This document shows positions 51,455 to 64,000 of a stretch of DNA of 64,000 bases, in pieces. The stretch is from the NCBI GenBank assembly GCA_009103225.1, contig RHPI01002048.1:105712-169711 (forward strand), given 5' to 3'. A model generated the notes under the pieces. That model did not search any database. It was not told where the DNA came from and worked only from the letters and a program-made list of their open reading frames with translations. The translations under genes were made by a program, and so were the position numbers. The number at the start of each line of letters is the position of its first letter. Positions within the stretch are counted from its first letter, which is position 1. Source of the DNA: Chlorokybus atmophyticus. Lineage: Eukaryota > Plantae > Mesostigma and Chlorokybus algae.

Positions 51455-53792
51455 ATGGCTATGGCCGCAATTCAGCCCCTGGTTTGGCAGCGCGGGTATT
51501 CCGGCGGGCCGTACGGCGGCGGACCTGGAGGCGGCCTCCTGTTTGGCTACTACAGCAATCAGTCCTTTGCGGCTCCCCTTCCGGTGGACGGCGCTTCTCC
51601 AGCGGAATCAGGCGACAACAGCTCTGCCGCTGCCGCTGCGGCGCTATCTGCTTGGCTGGGCTCGGGCAAGCGCGCGAGTGATGATACAGGTCAGTGTTTG
51701 TCTTTAGTGTGTCATCAGCTATGAGCTTATCTAAGCATCCGATTGCCGCAGCATGGGTTTTGCGTACCTTGACTTGACTGCTTGCAATTAGCGGTGGCGC
51801 GTGTTTGTGCCGCCGATTGGCTTCTATGGAGCTTGTGTAAGATTGTGGTCCCAAGGTTTTGTGCTGGCGCTCACATTTTCATATTTTACGTGACCGGCAG
51901 TTCCCTTGACTGTGTTTGCCGTAAGACGTGCTAACGAAGCTTTCCCGGGTTTTGCCCCGTTGCTTCTGCTTCAGCCTCCATGCATGCCTTGTGCTTGTGC
52001 TTCCGGTTGCCGCGAATGTCCATTGTGCTTCACTTCATGAATGATATCATGGGTATGACGTTGGGTGTAATATTCACATGAATCTGTTGCAATCTGGGCG
52101 ACTTTTACTGGTCAATCACATAAGCAGTGGCTGCAACATTGCTGTTGCTAGAGTTACCAGATGACGGCGGGTTGTGTTTGTCAGTGATTATGTGAGCAGT
52201 TTGTCATGTATGGTTGAGTATCCGCAGCACTTTGTGCGTGCAATCTCACATTATTAGCAGTTGTTTCAATGCTTGACTGGTTTGTGCGAGGAAAGCTGCG
52301 CGAGACCATTGCTGACGGCCAGGGGCATGTACAGGTCCTTCGCCGCTGAAGCGTGCAAGGTCTGGTGTTGGGGAGCTTACAGAGCAGCTTGATCAAGCGC
52401 AGCTGGAGGAGACTAGGGGAGCCGCACCTGCAGGCGCGTTGTCGCCAGCAGGTTACCCTCAAAGGCCAGGCGAGAAGGACTGTGTTTTCTATTTGCGGAC
52501 GGGGACGTGCTCTTTTGGGGAGGGTTGTCGTTTCAACCATCCCGTCCGTGTTGATCGCATGGACAATATGGCGACCACTGTGCACCCTGAGCGTCCAGGG
52601 CAGCCAGAGTGTCCTTACTACATGAAGACTGGAACATGCAAGTACGGCGCAGTGTGCAAGTTTCACCACCCTTCCATTCTTGGGTTGCCAAGGGAGCCTC
52701 CAGAAGCCTACGGATCTGGGGGGCCACCTGCACCTCTCAACTCTGCTGGCCTGCCCCTGCGGCCTGGAGCCCAGTTGTGTTCTTTTTTCATGAAGACCGG
52801 CACTTGTAAGTACGGATCAGGTTGCAAGTTTGACCACCCGGAAGTAGTATTGCGCCATGGTGCAGCGCCCGCCCCATACCCTGGCCCCTTTGTGCAAGAC
52901 CTGTCGCACGCAGCGCCCAGCTTCCTCGAGCATCAGCTTCGACCACATGTGTCGGGCATGCAGCCACCGCCACAGATGCTTCAGCACCAGCATTCGCTAT
53001 CTAGTTTACTGCCCGCTGACTTTCCCTATGCCTCGTCTCAGTCGTTTCCCTCTCCGAACCAGCCCTTCGCTTCAGTGCTACTGGCCCCTGAGCCCACTGG
53101 ACCCCTGCCTCAACGCCCAGGAGAACTTGACTGCGCCTTCTACATGAAGACTGGGAAATGCAAGTATCTATCTTCCTGCAAGTTCAACCATCCCCCTGGC
53201 ATTCGCCCTGGTCAGCCCGGTGATTATCCTATAGCTAAACCCCCTGTAAAGCTTAGTGCCACTGGTCTTCCACTGCGCAAGGGAGAACCGGCGTGTGCGT
53301 TCTATATGAAGACAGGCAGTTGCAAGGTATCACGTGGTTTGCAAACTGTGATGCGGACATTGCAATCTGTCCTGGTGTGTGAAAACAGTTGTCCTGTAAC
53401 CAAGCTAGCAAAAGCTGCTGTTTTTTTTTCCTGGTTTTTCGCTCAAGTATCTCAAGTATCTCGCTCAAGTGAAGCTGTAATTTTATTTTTGGTGGTTTCC
53501 TTGCCCACTGATGTCTTGTGTTGCGCAGTTTGGGGCTACTTGCAAGTTTGATCATCCTTCCCCGGCAGATGCTGTGGCTGCTGCTATGGCCGCAGCAGCG
53601 GCCGCCGCCAACTTCAATGGGATAGTGGTTGCTGTTGGAGAACCTCATGGTGTATCACCACCAAGAGGAGCGAGCCCTGGCGTTGGACCAGAAGGTAAAC
53701 ATTGGGGTTTTTAGTTCAACCTGGTGGCATGGCAAGTGGCCGAATGGTTGTGGGTTCCTGACACGCTGGCTTGTGCAGAGCGCATGAGTTGA
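51455..53792 (+). CDS. Tandem CCCH zinc-finger RNA-binding protein (plant ZFN/HUA1-like), 5 fingers
   Basis: Exons 51455-51689, 52335-53326, 53529-53694 and probably 53779-53792. Five C-x8-C-x5-C-x3-H fingers, each preceded by a P.RPG-type lead-in. Confidence 0.92.
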
Positions 53793-55870
53793 TTTTGGCA
53801 GGGATGGGGGGCTTAGAGCGCGGTATGCTATACTCTATGGTACAAACGCCTAACAGCATAAGGCTGGTAATGGGGATAAGCTAGCAGCTGTATATGCACC
53901 ATCACCTTCGTTCTATTGCACGATATGGAGCCGGGCAGAGGGTTTATCAATCTAATATGATCTCATTATGTAGTTGTGTAAAAGTTGGTACGGGACTTAA
54001 TTACTGGTGAACTGTAGCAGACTTGTATGTAAGCAGGTTGCAGCTATAAATGTTGCAGGTTGGTGTATAGCAAGTGAGATATTCATGACCAGATCAGTTC
54101 ATGAATTATAGTTGTGTCAGTGTCACAATTCAGGTTGATGCTGGTTGGGATGAAGTGTTATCAGCGTAGCGCTGCTATTTTGCACAATGAACACTGTGTG
54201 ATATCATGATGTCATGGGTGCAGTATGCATGCGCATACAGTCCGCATTGTTTGTACACTGTCTGTAGTGCAGGTAATTGACATTTTTATGCATTGCATAT
54301 AAGCCACTTGTGGACAAAGATTGTATGCCACATATAGCGCATGCATGGTACATCAGTCAGTCACCACGATGCATAGGGTGTCGTTACAAGCGGCACACGC
54401 CACAGATGCTCCACCGCAACTTATATCAGCTACCACCGGGCTACTCTACCTACGCTACCACACTACCTATTCACCGTCACCGTAAGTCATACAAGCATGC
54501 AAGTGCTCAAAGTCATGACCTGTACAGCATGAAGCAGCAGCATCAATGACGGTCATTGTGGACAATAACTCCAGCATGCAGTCAGCAGCATGTGCAAGCC
54601 TTCCGCCCCTCTCCCTCCTCCTCCTCCCACCCCTCCTCCTCTCCGTTCTCTCCTTCTCTTCCCACAACGGCTGCTGCATGGAGACGTTGTAACCCTCATT
54701 GCATCGTAGGTCAGGGCCCCTCTGCCCCGCCCCTCTGCTCTGTCCCTCCGCTTCCTGCCTCGGTGCGCAGTGTGGTGTAGGATAGGTGGTGAAGGCCCTG
54801 GGTATATGAATTGTGTTGGTGTGGATGGTGTGTGCTTGTGTGCTGACTACTTGCAGATGAGCATGTCTGTGCGGTGACTACGATGCATACCCTAAGCATG
54901 TATCCATGTCTTAGGGGGAGGTCTAGGGTAGTGTAGCATGTTAGGTAGCAACAAGCAGTAGATACTAGCCCGGTGGTGGCATATGATCATGCTTGCGTGC
55001 TGTTTAAGCATACGCTAATGTGCTTCTGCAAAATGCATGTACAAAACTGCCTCGAGCATATCCTGTACAGGGGCATCTCATGTGAGAGGGTTTTGCAAGT
55101 CGCAGCTTGCATTGTGCAAGGAAATTCAACTTTGACTTGGTGGGTTGCGTTGCATGGCAAGATCACGGAGTTGATGTTCGTGCCAACTTTTGCACAGTTA
55201 CACATCAGTATTCAGAAGCATGCGTTGCTGCAATAGCTGGTCGTTATTTTGCCCCTCCCCCCACCTCGCTCAACAACTCCCTATTCCACACTCGTATGTG
55301 ACTTGTGTTTGCACTCTACAGGTATCCTTTCCCCGTCCTGCTGCTGCCCTGCTCGTCTTGCACACTGCATAGGAAATAGCCCCCGAATAGTGTAGTTAGG
55401 TTGCTTGCAGTTGTGTTTGGTAATATACTGTGCCTGCCTACCTATGCATATGCCTATTCTTATTCTTATTCTTTGTGGCCCCTTTCATTACACTACCGTA
55501 TGCGACTGCCCGCCCTGCTGTTTGCTGCCCTCCCCCGCTTGCAAGTGCTGCCTGTGTAACTGAGCGGCACTTACCGCCCAGGCGTTGCGACAACCATCAC
55601 TCACTGTCACACTGCGCTACCACCTCCTAACTGCTACTGCTGTTGTTACACTACACCCGCCACTCCTACCACTGCTAAGGTGCGCGAAGGCACACCTTTG
55701 TATTGGTCAGTACAACCTTTGTCCACAATCGGCATCCTGTGCATAGGCCCCATGCTCAGCACATGAATAGATTTGCAAAACATACTGCCTGCAAGTAGCT
55801 GCCTGCAGTATCTGCAACATTGCCCCGCGCGCCCTTGGGGTTGGGGAAGAGGAGTGACAATCCAGGACTA

Positions 55871-57353
55871 TCAGCACAGCACATTTGGGCAGTACACCAA
55901 CTGAAATTCTTGAAACTCCCCAATCACCATATACCATTGCTGCCTGCAATCGCGTTGCCGGCCACTTTACACATACACGCACAGTTAAAAAACCCAGCAA
56001 GTGATGCATTGCACACTTACTTCAGAACCCTCAGGCCCACTTTGAGCAGCCATCGCATAAGTTCGGGATGCTGTTTGGCAGGGAGTAGAACCCGCAACTC
56101 GGACGAGGCTCGCGCACGTGCACTGCTGGCCACCAGAAACCTGTCAACAAAAATTTTATGTGTTTAACACGTTACGAGATCATTTTACACAGGCACACAA
56201 AGAAAACAAGACCATTTCCAGCCTTACTTGAACGCCTCATCAGACTCTGCAACCAAGTGGCCCATAACACCCAACCCTGTGGTGTAAGCCCTGTGCAGAG
56301 AGCAATTAGGTAGGTTTGGTATAAAAGCCATCACATTCAGGTAGGCAAGGTGATGGTGACACCGAAAAACACGCCATACTCACACGATCTGTGAACTCCC
56401 ATCCTTTGTGACCACCATTGCCCCCATGTCCATACCCAGCTCCCACTCCATGCCCCCTTGACCGCGCGAGAACCCCGTAGCACGCATGTGTAAGTTGTCG
56501 CACGCTGGGATGTCGGACGGGTCCAGCGGGCGAGCACTGTAACTGTCATTGTCCGCATCCGATGTATCTTTCAACTGCACGCGTGCACGCCATCGTAAAG
56601 AAAAGGTTGCTAGGTACAGCCAACAACAGGTGTTCAAGTTGCAGACGTACTTGCCCTATGCAGGCTGTAATACACTCGCGAGGATTTAAGCCCAACTTGC
56701 AATAGAGGGAGAAGCTCTTGGTGTTATGGCAGGTCTGTATAGGAGCAAACAAGACCTTTGTGTGCAAAACAGATTGCTTCTTTGGCGGCGCAAAGGTGGT
56801 CCTCACGCACATACATGTGCGCAAACAAACATACGCACAGGCACAGGCACAGGCACGCAAATGCTGGTTGCACAGACCTGCAGTAGGCGAATCGACTGCG
56901 CACCGTTAGCCTTGGCCGCATCAATAACAGCACTCGTAACAGCCCGGGCAACACCTCCGTTTGCTGCTTGTGGACTCGCAAATACAGGGCCGATCGGATG
57001 TGCCCATATGCCTGTGTGCTCATCAGACAACACACTCAGTCGAAGTTCCAGTCCGAGCAAGCAAACACCACACCACCCTTTGCTTCATACTCACCAAGGT
57101 TGATCATGGCACCACCGATGACCTGTTCCTTTTCATCAACAGCGACAAAGCTTCTGAAAGTGCGCTGCTTGAAAGGCCACTCGGCCACGTGAATGGCCAC
57201 TTCCAGCTTTTCAAACTCAGGAGGGAGTCCCACGGACTCATTGAATGCGCCAAACGCATCCTGCAAGCCCTTGCCAAAGCCGGCTGCGTCCGCGGGAGTC
57301 GCTGCCCGCACCGTGAAGGAGGCTACGCTGGAGGGCGGTGCTGCCGCAGCCAT
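55871..57353 (-). CDS. Two-domain GNAT-family acetyltransferase (bacterial-type), multi-exon
   Basis: FTVRAATPADA; IGPVFASPQAANGGVAR (acetyl-CoA motif A); SIRLLQ|TCHNTKSFSLYCKLG; RPLDPSDIPAC; TTGLGVMGHLVAE; PELMRWLLKVGLR; C-terminal YGDWEFQ..VYCPNVLC*. Confidence 0.8.
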
Positions 57354-58576
57354 GTTGTGTGCGGGAGTGGATGCTGATATCGCCTCTCCAATGCGCTGCG
57401 GTTTTGTACACAATTTAGCACTGCCTGTTAATGTTGAAAGCTCGTGTGCTGCCGGACATGTGCATACTCAGTACATGCACAGTGTTGAGCAAGCAGGCGG
57501 GTCCATGATACTGGCAGTTGTCAGAATCCACATACAGTTGCAAGGTGGCATCCGTCTGGCAATCTGTTACATACTAGCAGTACCCTGCGGAGCTGACCTT
57601 GCTGGGACAGTGTTCGGTTGCTTCTTAGGGGGCGGCGGACGTCTGCATGTAAAGCATGGACCAAGAAGTGGACACTACTTCTGCTGCATGTCAGTCCACC
57701 CGGCAGAGCTGGCGTCGTACACCTGCTGTCTGACTTGCTCTGCAAGAGCAAGACTATGTTAGGCTATGCTAGGCTCTGTGTTATAATCTGCTGCGTAGTT
57801 ACAAGCATACCTATGCAGCTATTGCCAGTGCTGAGGCCATATTGTATCGTATATGCGTTTGAGCGGCCAGTTGGCAACTGGCAGCAAGACGTTTGCGTAC
57901 TTTCAAGTAGTTACATAAGCACTGTTCATGTTGCTGCCTAGACCGTGTCAGAGACAACACTGGACGCAGTGCAAGCAGGCATTTTCAACGACATGCTGTC
58001 GAAGCAGCTTTTGGGGACGGCTCACCACACTGTCATGCCGTTTACAGGCAGTCCTACTCGTCAAACACGTCAGATTGCATGCTCTGCAACCATCTCACCT
58101 TATGCGTGCACTGGCCGGGCGACGCTGTCAACCACGCCAGCAACACCCTCAACGTCAGTCACTCGCTCGCAGTGATCCGGACGGACACGAGTAGCCTGGA
58201 TGCCGCCCTCGCCGCCCCCCGCCGCCGCGTCCAGCAAACGGCGCGCAGAAATGACCAACCGAGCTGTAGCAGGCGGCATGCTAGTGCAATTTGCTACGCG
58301 CTGTTGCTCACGTCTAGTCAGCAGTAAGTACCGCATAATGTCGTCATTGATTCGTCGGCCGGTGACACTTGGTGGATGGCGCTACATGGGCTGAATGGTG
58401 AGGCATGTTTGTACACAAGATGCAACGGGGATGTCATGTGTGTACAAAAGTTGGTAAGCCGCATGCAAGGTGTCAAATACAATAGCAACACAACATGCAG
58501 CAGTGAACACATACCATGCTTACACTCTACACCAGCAGTTCACCACCTGCCTACCTACTCTACCTAGCACGCTGTG

Positions 58577-58578
<2 letters not shown>

Positions 58579-58665
<87 letters not shown>

Positions 58666-58666
58666 N

Positions 58667-58711
<45 letters not shown>
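58579..58711. repeat. (GA)n microsatellite spanning an N at 58666
   Basis: Direct reading. The length is unreliable because of the gap. Confidence 0.95.
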
Positions 58712-58713
<2 letters not shown>

Positions 58714-59014
58714 ATAATGCTCTGTGGATTGTTAGTGCTTGTGGGGCTGCATGCAGCCGCATGCTAGTCATTTTGTGCAGGTTTGCTACCTACGCTGCTT
58801 CTACATTGTCCCTACATCTGCCACCAGCACTGCAATTACTCCACATGTCCTGCACTTCACCAAAATCCGCTGTTGCATCTGAGATTGAGTGTGCAGTACA
58901 AGCGGGTTCAACTGTAAGCGCTAGCCGCAGCTGAACAACAGGCCACACAGCAACCTTACAGTGCACACCACAGCAGCAGGTTGTCATGTTTTCAGTCATC
59001 CGGTATTGTTATTA

Positions 59015-61708
59015 TCAGTCAGACATGTCATCGTCACTGCTACACCTTGTGCTATAGGCTTTGACAACCTCCGCCAGATGCTCTCGGACCTCGGCCACCT
59101 CTTCAGGGCCGAAACCCCAGGCGGCCAACTCGCGCTGGTTGCTGCGAGAACACGTTGCAAACTTGCTGGCAATGTCGGCAAGCCATGGCTCCAGGTGAGG
59201 TGTAACTGCCAGAAGTGTTGCGACAGGTATGGACTCCACTTCAGCCGGTTGAGGCGCAGACTCGCGCTGGGGTGCGGTGTGCTCGCTAGCACGAGGACCG
59301 AAGAGGTTTGGGAACGGTAGCGGCACAGGCATTGCCTGGTTTACGACAGCGTACTGCCGCACGCAGCGTGGCAAGCGCCTGAGCTCAGCCTCAAGCACCC
59401 CGACAACTCTATCACGATTGGCAACCTCTCCTGTGTGAACAAACAACCAAGGTTAGAGCTTTGATTTAGCTGATAAGCCTGCGGACTTCATGAAACCATA
59501 GTGCGTCACAAGATGTTGAAGTTCAGTCCATACGCTATACAACCGGCAACAAAGCTCTTAAGGCTGCTAACTCAACCCTGTCAATAAGGTGAATGGTGCA
59601 TCTTGGACCGATACAGGGGATGCGTCACACGAGTGCTACAACAGTGCAGCCTCCAACACAACAACAGAGAGGCGTACCTGCTATCTCTACGCCGCGAAGT
59701 ACCCAAGACTCTGAGAATGATGACGTGCAAGGCATGACACCAGGTGTGAGCGGTGCTAGACGATTGCAAAGCTGCATTTGCTGCGCATTTGCGCTCAGCA
59801 CGGGTGCAGGAAAGCAAGCAAAGCCGGCAGCAACGTTCTGATGTTCATTGTACGCCAGCTGGCGCAGAAGATGGTTCATGTCCTTGCTATGCGGATGATC
59901 TTGTCTCAATCGGTAGGGAAGCGTGCTTGTGTCGATTACGACTGCGTCAACTGCGCTGGTATGAAACCTGGTGTCCCGCAATGATAGGTGCGGATACAGC
60001 GCAGAGTAGTCAGCTTCGCCGAGGGGAACGTATGTGTTACTCGCAGCAGTGAAGCTGCGAAGCACGAGTGCACGATTCAACACTTGCTGCGCGTCAACAA
60101 CAGCGACAGGTGCGGCAGGTGGGTGCGGTCTAACTCCATAAACTAATACTGCTGCAGAGCGGTACTCATCGCGAACTTCTTGCAAAACCTGTCAACATTG
60201 ACCTGTTGATTAATTGAGAATTGCAGCTGATGCCGCATTGCTTTACCTCGGAAGCCACTCCAGCAAAGCCACTGTTGGACTCAACCCAGCATTGGAAGCC
60301 CTGCGCATGCAACAACAAGCTGTTGATGATAGCAATGGCTAAAGAATAACAGATGAGCAGCTGTACCTGTAAGTGGTCACACTCTTCGGCAAAAAATCGC
60401 AGGCGGTCTAGCAAAGCTTCGCGCGTCTCTTCTGAAGACATAACAGCCTGTCAAGCACAGAGAGCGTACGCGTACATGACCATGGCACGTACTATCATCT
60501 GGATTGTCCTCAGTTGCAGCAACCTGAGACTGAACCATAAATCGCATACAAACTCACCAGGCCGTCACCAAAGTTGTCGAACGATGTGACATCATGCCAC
60601 AATCCTGGCAACTCGTATACAGTCTTTGGATGTAAGTGCGCCTTGAGATAGTCCGTCCAGTACCGCACAGAAGCTTCAAGGTCTAAACAGCCATGCATCA
60701 GCATCAATAGAGCCTGCTAGCCAGCGCCAAGCTGCAGCAACCTCCAACAACAGAAAGGTGTTTTTGTACTTGCTTACTGGCTGCGACATTCTCAGTGCCG
60801 TTGGAGGTTGACGGGGCTTCTGCTGTGTGAGGAGACGATGCGGTCGCACGCTCCGCTTCCGCATCTAAGCTGCGCAGAAACTCGTTGCGCTCAATCGGCT
60901 CGGCACGATGCACGTCAGCTCGCCCTGTCCTGCAAGGTCACTGTTGGAGTCAAACGCTTTAACAGGCACCAGGAGGCTCGTGTGATTGTATGTCCTCACC
61001 ATGTTGACGTTGAGGTCAAAGACCCTTCTCCTGAGGTGTCGTATAAGCTGCCAGCAGCTCGCATGGAGCCAAGACTGCCTGCACCACGCGAATGAGCATG
61101 CACAGCATTGAGTTTGGAACCCCCATGCCACCCCATGCACAAGGCAACATGAACCAATATCCATGCAAGCATGTGTTTCCTCCAATATGTGATGGAAGCA
61201 AGGGCAATTGCTATCGGTGCAGATGGGCTGTTGATCTGCGGTTGGATTCAGAAGTACCTCTCATGTCCAGCGCCACCAGTCGGGGAGTGTAAGTCGCCAC
61301 CCCCTGAGCCAACAACGCTGAGCATGCAAGGCAGCCACAAAATGCAACTGAACCCAAACATTGCATGGAGAAACAGCAAGGCACACAAGGCTTGCCGGAG
61401 TCGGAAGTTTCTCGTTTACCTGTGGCGTTTCACCAACACGGTAGACGATGTTTGAGTCAATCTCCTGCTCAACTCCCATCTGATCCGCAAGGCCAAGCAG
61501 CTCATCCTGTAACACAACGATGTACACCCTAAGCCCTGTCTGCTGGTGCATGCACAGGTGCAAGCAGGAGCTGAAGCAGTCCACTCGCTGCCAAGAATGC
61601 AAGCGCAGTGCTCCGCCTTGCTTGCAATGCACATGCCTGAATGTTCCAGAAATGAGCGCCGACGAAGTTGGCGTACGTCCCAAATTGCAGTGTCACCACC
61701 TCCCTCAT
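59015..61708 (-). CDS. MSTO1: Misato / DML1 tubulin-like protein
   Basis: MREVVTLQFGTYANFVGAHFWNIQ|DELLGL, GVATYTPRLVALDMRG|SLG, VRYWTDYLKAHLHP, DRLRFFAEECDHLQ|GFQ, FHTSA..A..ID..TLPYR, PVPLPFPNLF. Confidence 0.92.
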
Positions 61709-61902
61709 GGTCACCGCTATGGTCCAGCCACCGCACGCCGCCAGCCACACGCCCAGGGACACCGCCGCCCTGCTTCACGCATGCACAAATTAAGCTTCAA
61801 CCCTCGCATACAATTGAAGCGGATATCCGACTCCCTTCTGGTGGACAAATGAGGGGCACAGAGTCTTGCAAGAGGTGTCATTCGCAAACGGGGTCATTGG
61901 GG

Positions 61903-61912
61903 TTTAGGGTTT
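61903..61912 (-). promoter_or_regulatory. Telo-box in the Misato / downstream-gene bidirectional promoter
   Basis: TTTAGGGTTT lies in the 248-bp interval between the divergent ATGs at 61708 and 61957. Confidence 0.35.
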
Positions 61913-61956
61913 GCTTGCTTGCTGTATGTTTTGTAGCAGCGTTGGTGTTGGCGGCA

Positions 61957-62231
61957 ATGGCGGCGGTGGCGAGGGGTCTGCGTGCGGCCGTGAGGCGCTG
62001 CGGGAGCATGGGTGGGATTGGGGTGAGCGCAGCGAGGGCTGAAGCGCAGGGGGCTGTGCGCGGCGGTGGGCGTTCTGCTGCTGGTTTGCGAGCAGGTGAG
62101 GCTATGCAGCCTCCTTCAGCAGGCAGTTGGAGGCGAGGTGTGAGGGGTTTTCTGCCACGCGGCCCTTGCGTGATGGCAACGCTCTCTGCACAGGAAGTGC
62201 TTTCAGCGGCTACCAGGCAACGTCTTCGGTT
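61957..62231 (+). CDS. First exons of an unidentified gene with Ala/Arg/Gly/Ser-rich organellar transit-peptide-like N-terminus
   Basis: MAAVARGLRAAVRRCG...GLRAG|GTGAG donor, then CACAG|GSAFSGYQATSSVAATSLR|GTAAG. The continuation was not resolved. Confidence 0.45.
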
Positions 62232-63689
62232 GCAGCTACCAGCTTGCGACGGTAAGAAGCAACAAGCTTGGGTTCTGCTCTGCACAGCAACACGTCAAGT
62301 TGCATCCTGCCAGCTTTACCTGCATTGCGCCTTCTTCGTATGCCTGGAAACAAATCTCAACGCCACTGCGTTCCGCAAACTGCAGCCATTAAAACTGGTA
62401 ATGCAGTTGTTGCAATGGACAACAGGACCCGCTTGCGATGATGTGGGTAGTTCACAATGCAAATTATCTGCATTGTGCATTGATCCGCATTGTGCGCTAG
62501 CATGTTATTAAAATTGCTAGTGCATGTGCTTGGTGCGCATCTGTTGCTTGCGGCAGTCAAGCGTTACCGCAATATGCTGGGGGCAAGTCGGGTCCCCATG
62601 AATAGATGTGCATGGTCCTGAAAGTCTCTGCAACATGAGATGGCCGCTTACTTTCTGTCCATTGTGTAGGGTATTGCGGTGACCGCTAGCATTGGTTGGT
62701 GGTTGCGGCATTACGGAAGTGCGTGCGCGTATTAAGCTCAGTAGCAGGTGCGTCAGGCTGCAGGACATCAGCAGTCAAGGAAACAGTTATTGAGACATTA
62801 TATCTGTGCGAAAGTGAAAGAAGTGTTGTTGTTGCATATGGTTGGGAGCCGTTGCATTATCCATGGATGATCAATCGACGCATGTTAATGTTGTGTTTGT
62901 ATGCGTAGGTGACGATGATGGCGTTTGATGATGGGCAGCAAGAATATTGAAGGCTGACATCGCATCAAGTTGCAAGAGTGGGCGCCATCATCAGTTTACT
63001 TGATGAACTTGAACGTGTGCCTGTGGAATGCTGGTGATATCAGCTGTCAAAAGTGTGGTTTACACCGATTGGTGATGGTGTAGACAGCCTGTATGGCATA
63101 CCAACAGCAGGTTCTTGCGCAAGCTCAGTTTAGAATAGATGCCATTATAATAGTGTATGCACGGCAGTATGTTGTCACAGACATGTGCTTACATAATCGG
63201 TGCAGGAGGGTGGTTCACTGTTTGGGTACCAAGCACATCTCAAATTAGTTGCTGCAGTACAATGATTTGTGACGAAAGCAGTTGCTTTACACATGCGCAT
63301 GGCTTGGTCAGCAAATGCTTCGAGTGAGATAGTTAGCCATGCATGGTGCAGTGAGTAATGGGACAGGTGAGAACAGCACAAACGTTGACAGTGCATGCGC
63401 ATTGCAAGGATTCAACAGGCAACTACTCTGAGTACTGTACCACGCATGCCGAGAATGGTGATGAGAAACGGAATGAGCAACACAGATGTTCACAGCATAG
63501 AGTACGCAGTATTCTCCATTCAATGGATCGCAAGGAATACAGCTACAACTTAGGCTAGCATGGGGAATTTGTACAAGGGTTGTTGGCGGGTGGCATTACA
63601 ACACAGAGTGGCGACCATCACAATGGCCGAATTGTATTTCCTATCAGAACTTGCTGAAGGCAGCCATCGCAGGGGGCGCTAGCAAGTCC

Positions 63690-63940
63690 CTTCATGGCCA
63701 TGGTCTCTTAGTAGGTGGCATGGCGACTGCGCGAGATGCGGTGCCAGAATGTTCTGATATATGCGAATGGGTTGAGCGAATGCCTTCGCCTTCTATGAAC
63801 CCCCGCTGCATGCGGGTGCGCCGCCCTGTGTCCAGCACGCTCCACCCTGCAAAGGCAGCACTTTCAGTCTCTACTCCAGTCTCTCAGAGTAGACTGCGTA
63901 AGGAACCATGCGAATGCCACATTGCACTCAAGTATGGCAG
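63690..63940 (-). CDS. Possible terminal exon(s) of a gene entering from the right edge
   Basis: Acceptor TTTGCAG then VERAGHRAAHPHAAGVHRRRRHSLNPFAYIRTFWHRISRSRHATY*. No family recognised. Confidence 0.25.
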
Positions 63941-63961
63941 CTGAACTGCGAATGTACACCA

Positions 63962-63964
<3 letters not shown>

Positions 63965-64000
<36 letters not shown>
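63965..64000. repeat. (GA)n microsatellite at the window end
   Basis: Direct reading. Confidence 0.95.

Noticed and set aside
55391-55655. Solo LTR (TGTAGT...ACTACA)
   Set aside because: Only a 6-bp terminal match, no TSD and no second copy in the window.
58470-58934. ERERER-repeat ORFs
   Set aside because: Translation of the (GA)n microsatellite across a gap.

Overview
Eukaryotic nuclear DNA with GT-AG introns and plant-type genes. The gene and TE repertoire suggests a streptophyte green alga (inference). Host genes are glutamate carboxypeptidase II (AMP1/LAMP1-like), ATG4, a membrane-anchored Kelch protein, an FKBP/SlyD-fold gene assembled from short exons the ORF track misses, 3-ketoacyl-CoA synthase (KCS), a 5x CCCH zinc-finger protein, a bacterial-type GNAT and Misato/DML1. 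They flank a ~20 kb nested transposon island (29.7-49.6 kb). Its core is a decayed Ty3/gypsy LTR retrotransposon whose pol region carries a C5-cytosine DNA methyltransferase between protease and RT, and a PHD finger after integrase. It is interrupted by an inverted-duplicated chromovirus with hairpin and microhomology junctions, and by a CACTA-like element in its 3' LTR. It is abutted by a CRE-type non-LTR element and followed by a Plavaka/CMC-like transposase relic. Also present are a Naiad/Chlamys-type Penelope-like element with a 22-bp direct repeat, palindromic repeat arrays, and a 1,146-bp exact copy of the KCS 3' half at an N gap that is probably an assembly artefact. No rRNA, tRNA or CRISPR was found. 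All homology calls are motif recognition by eye; no searches were run, and identity figures are rough estimates.
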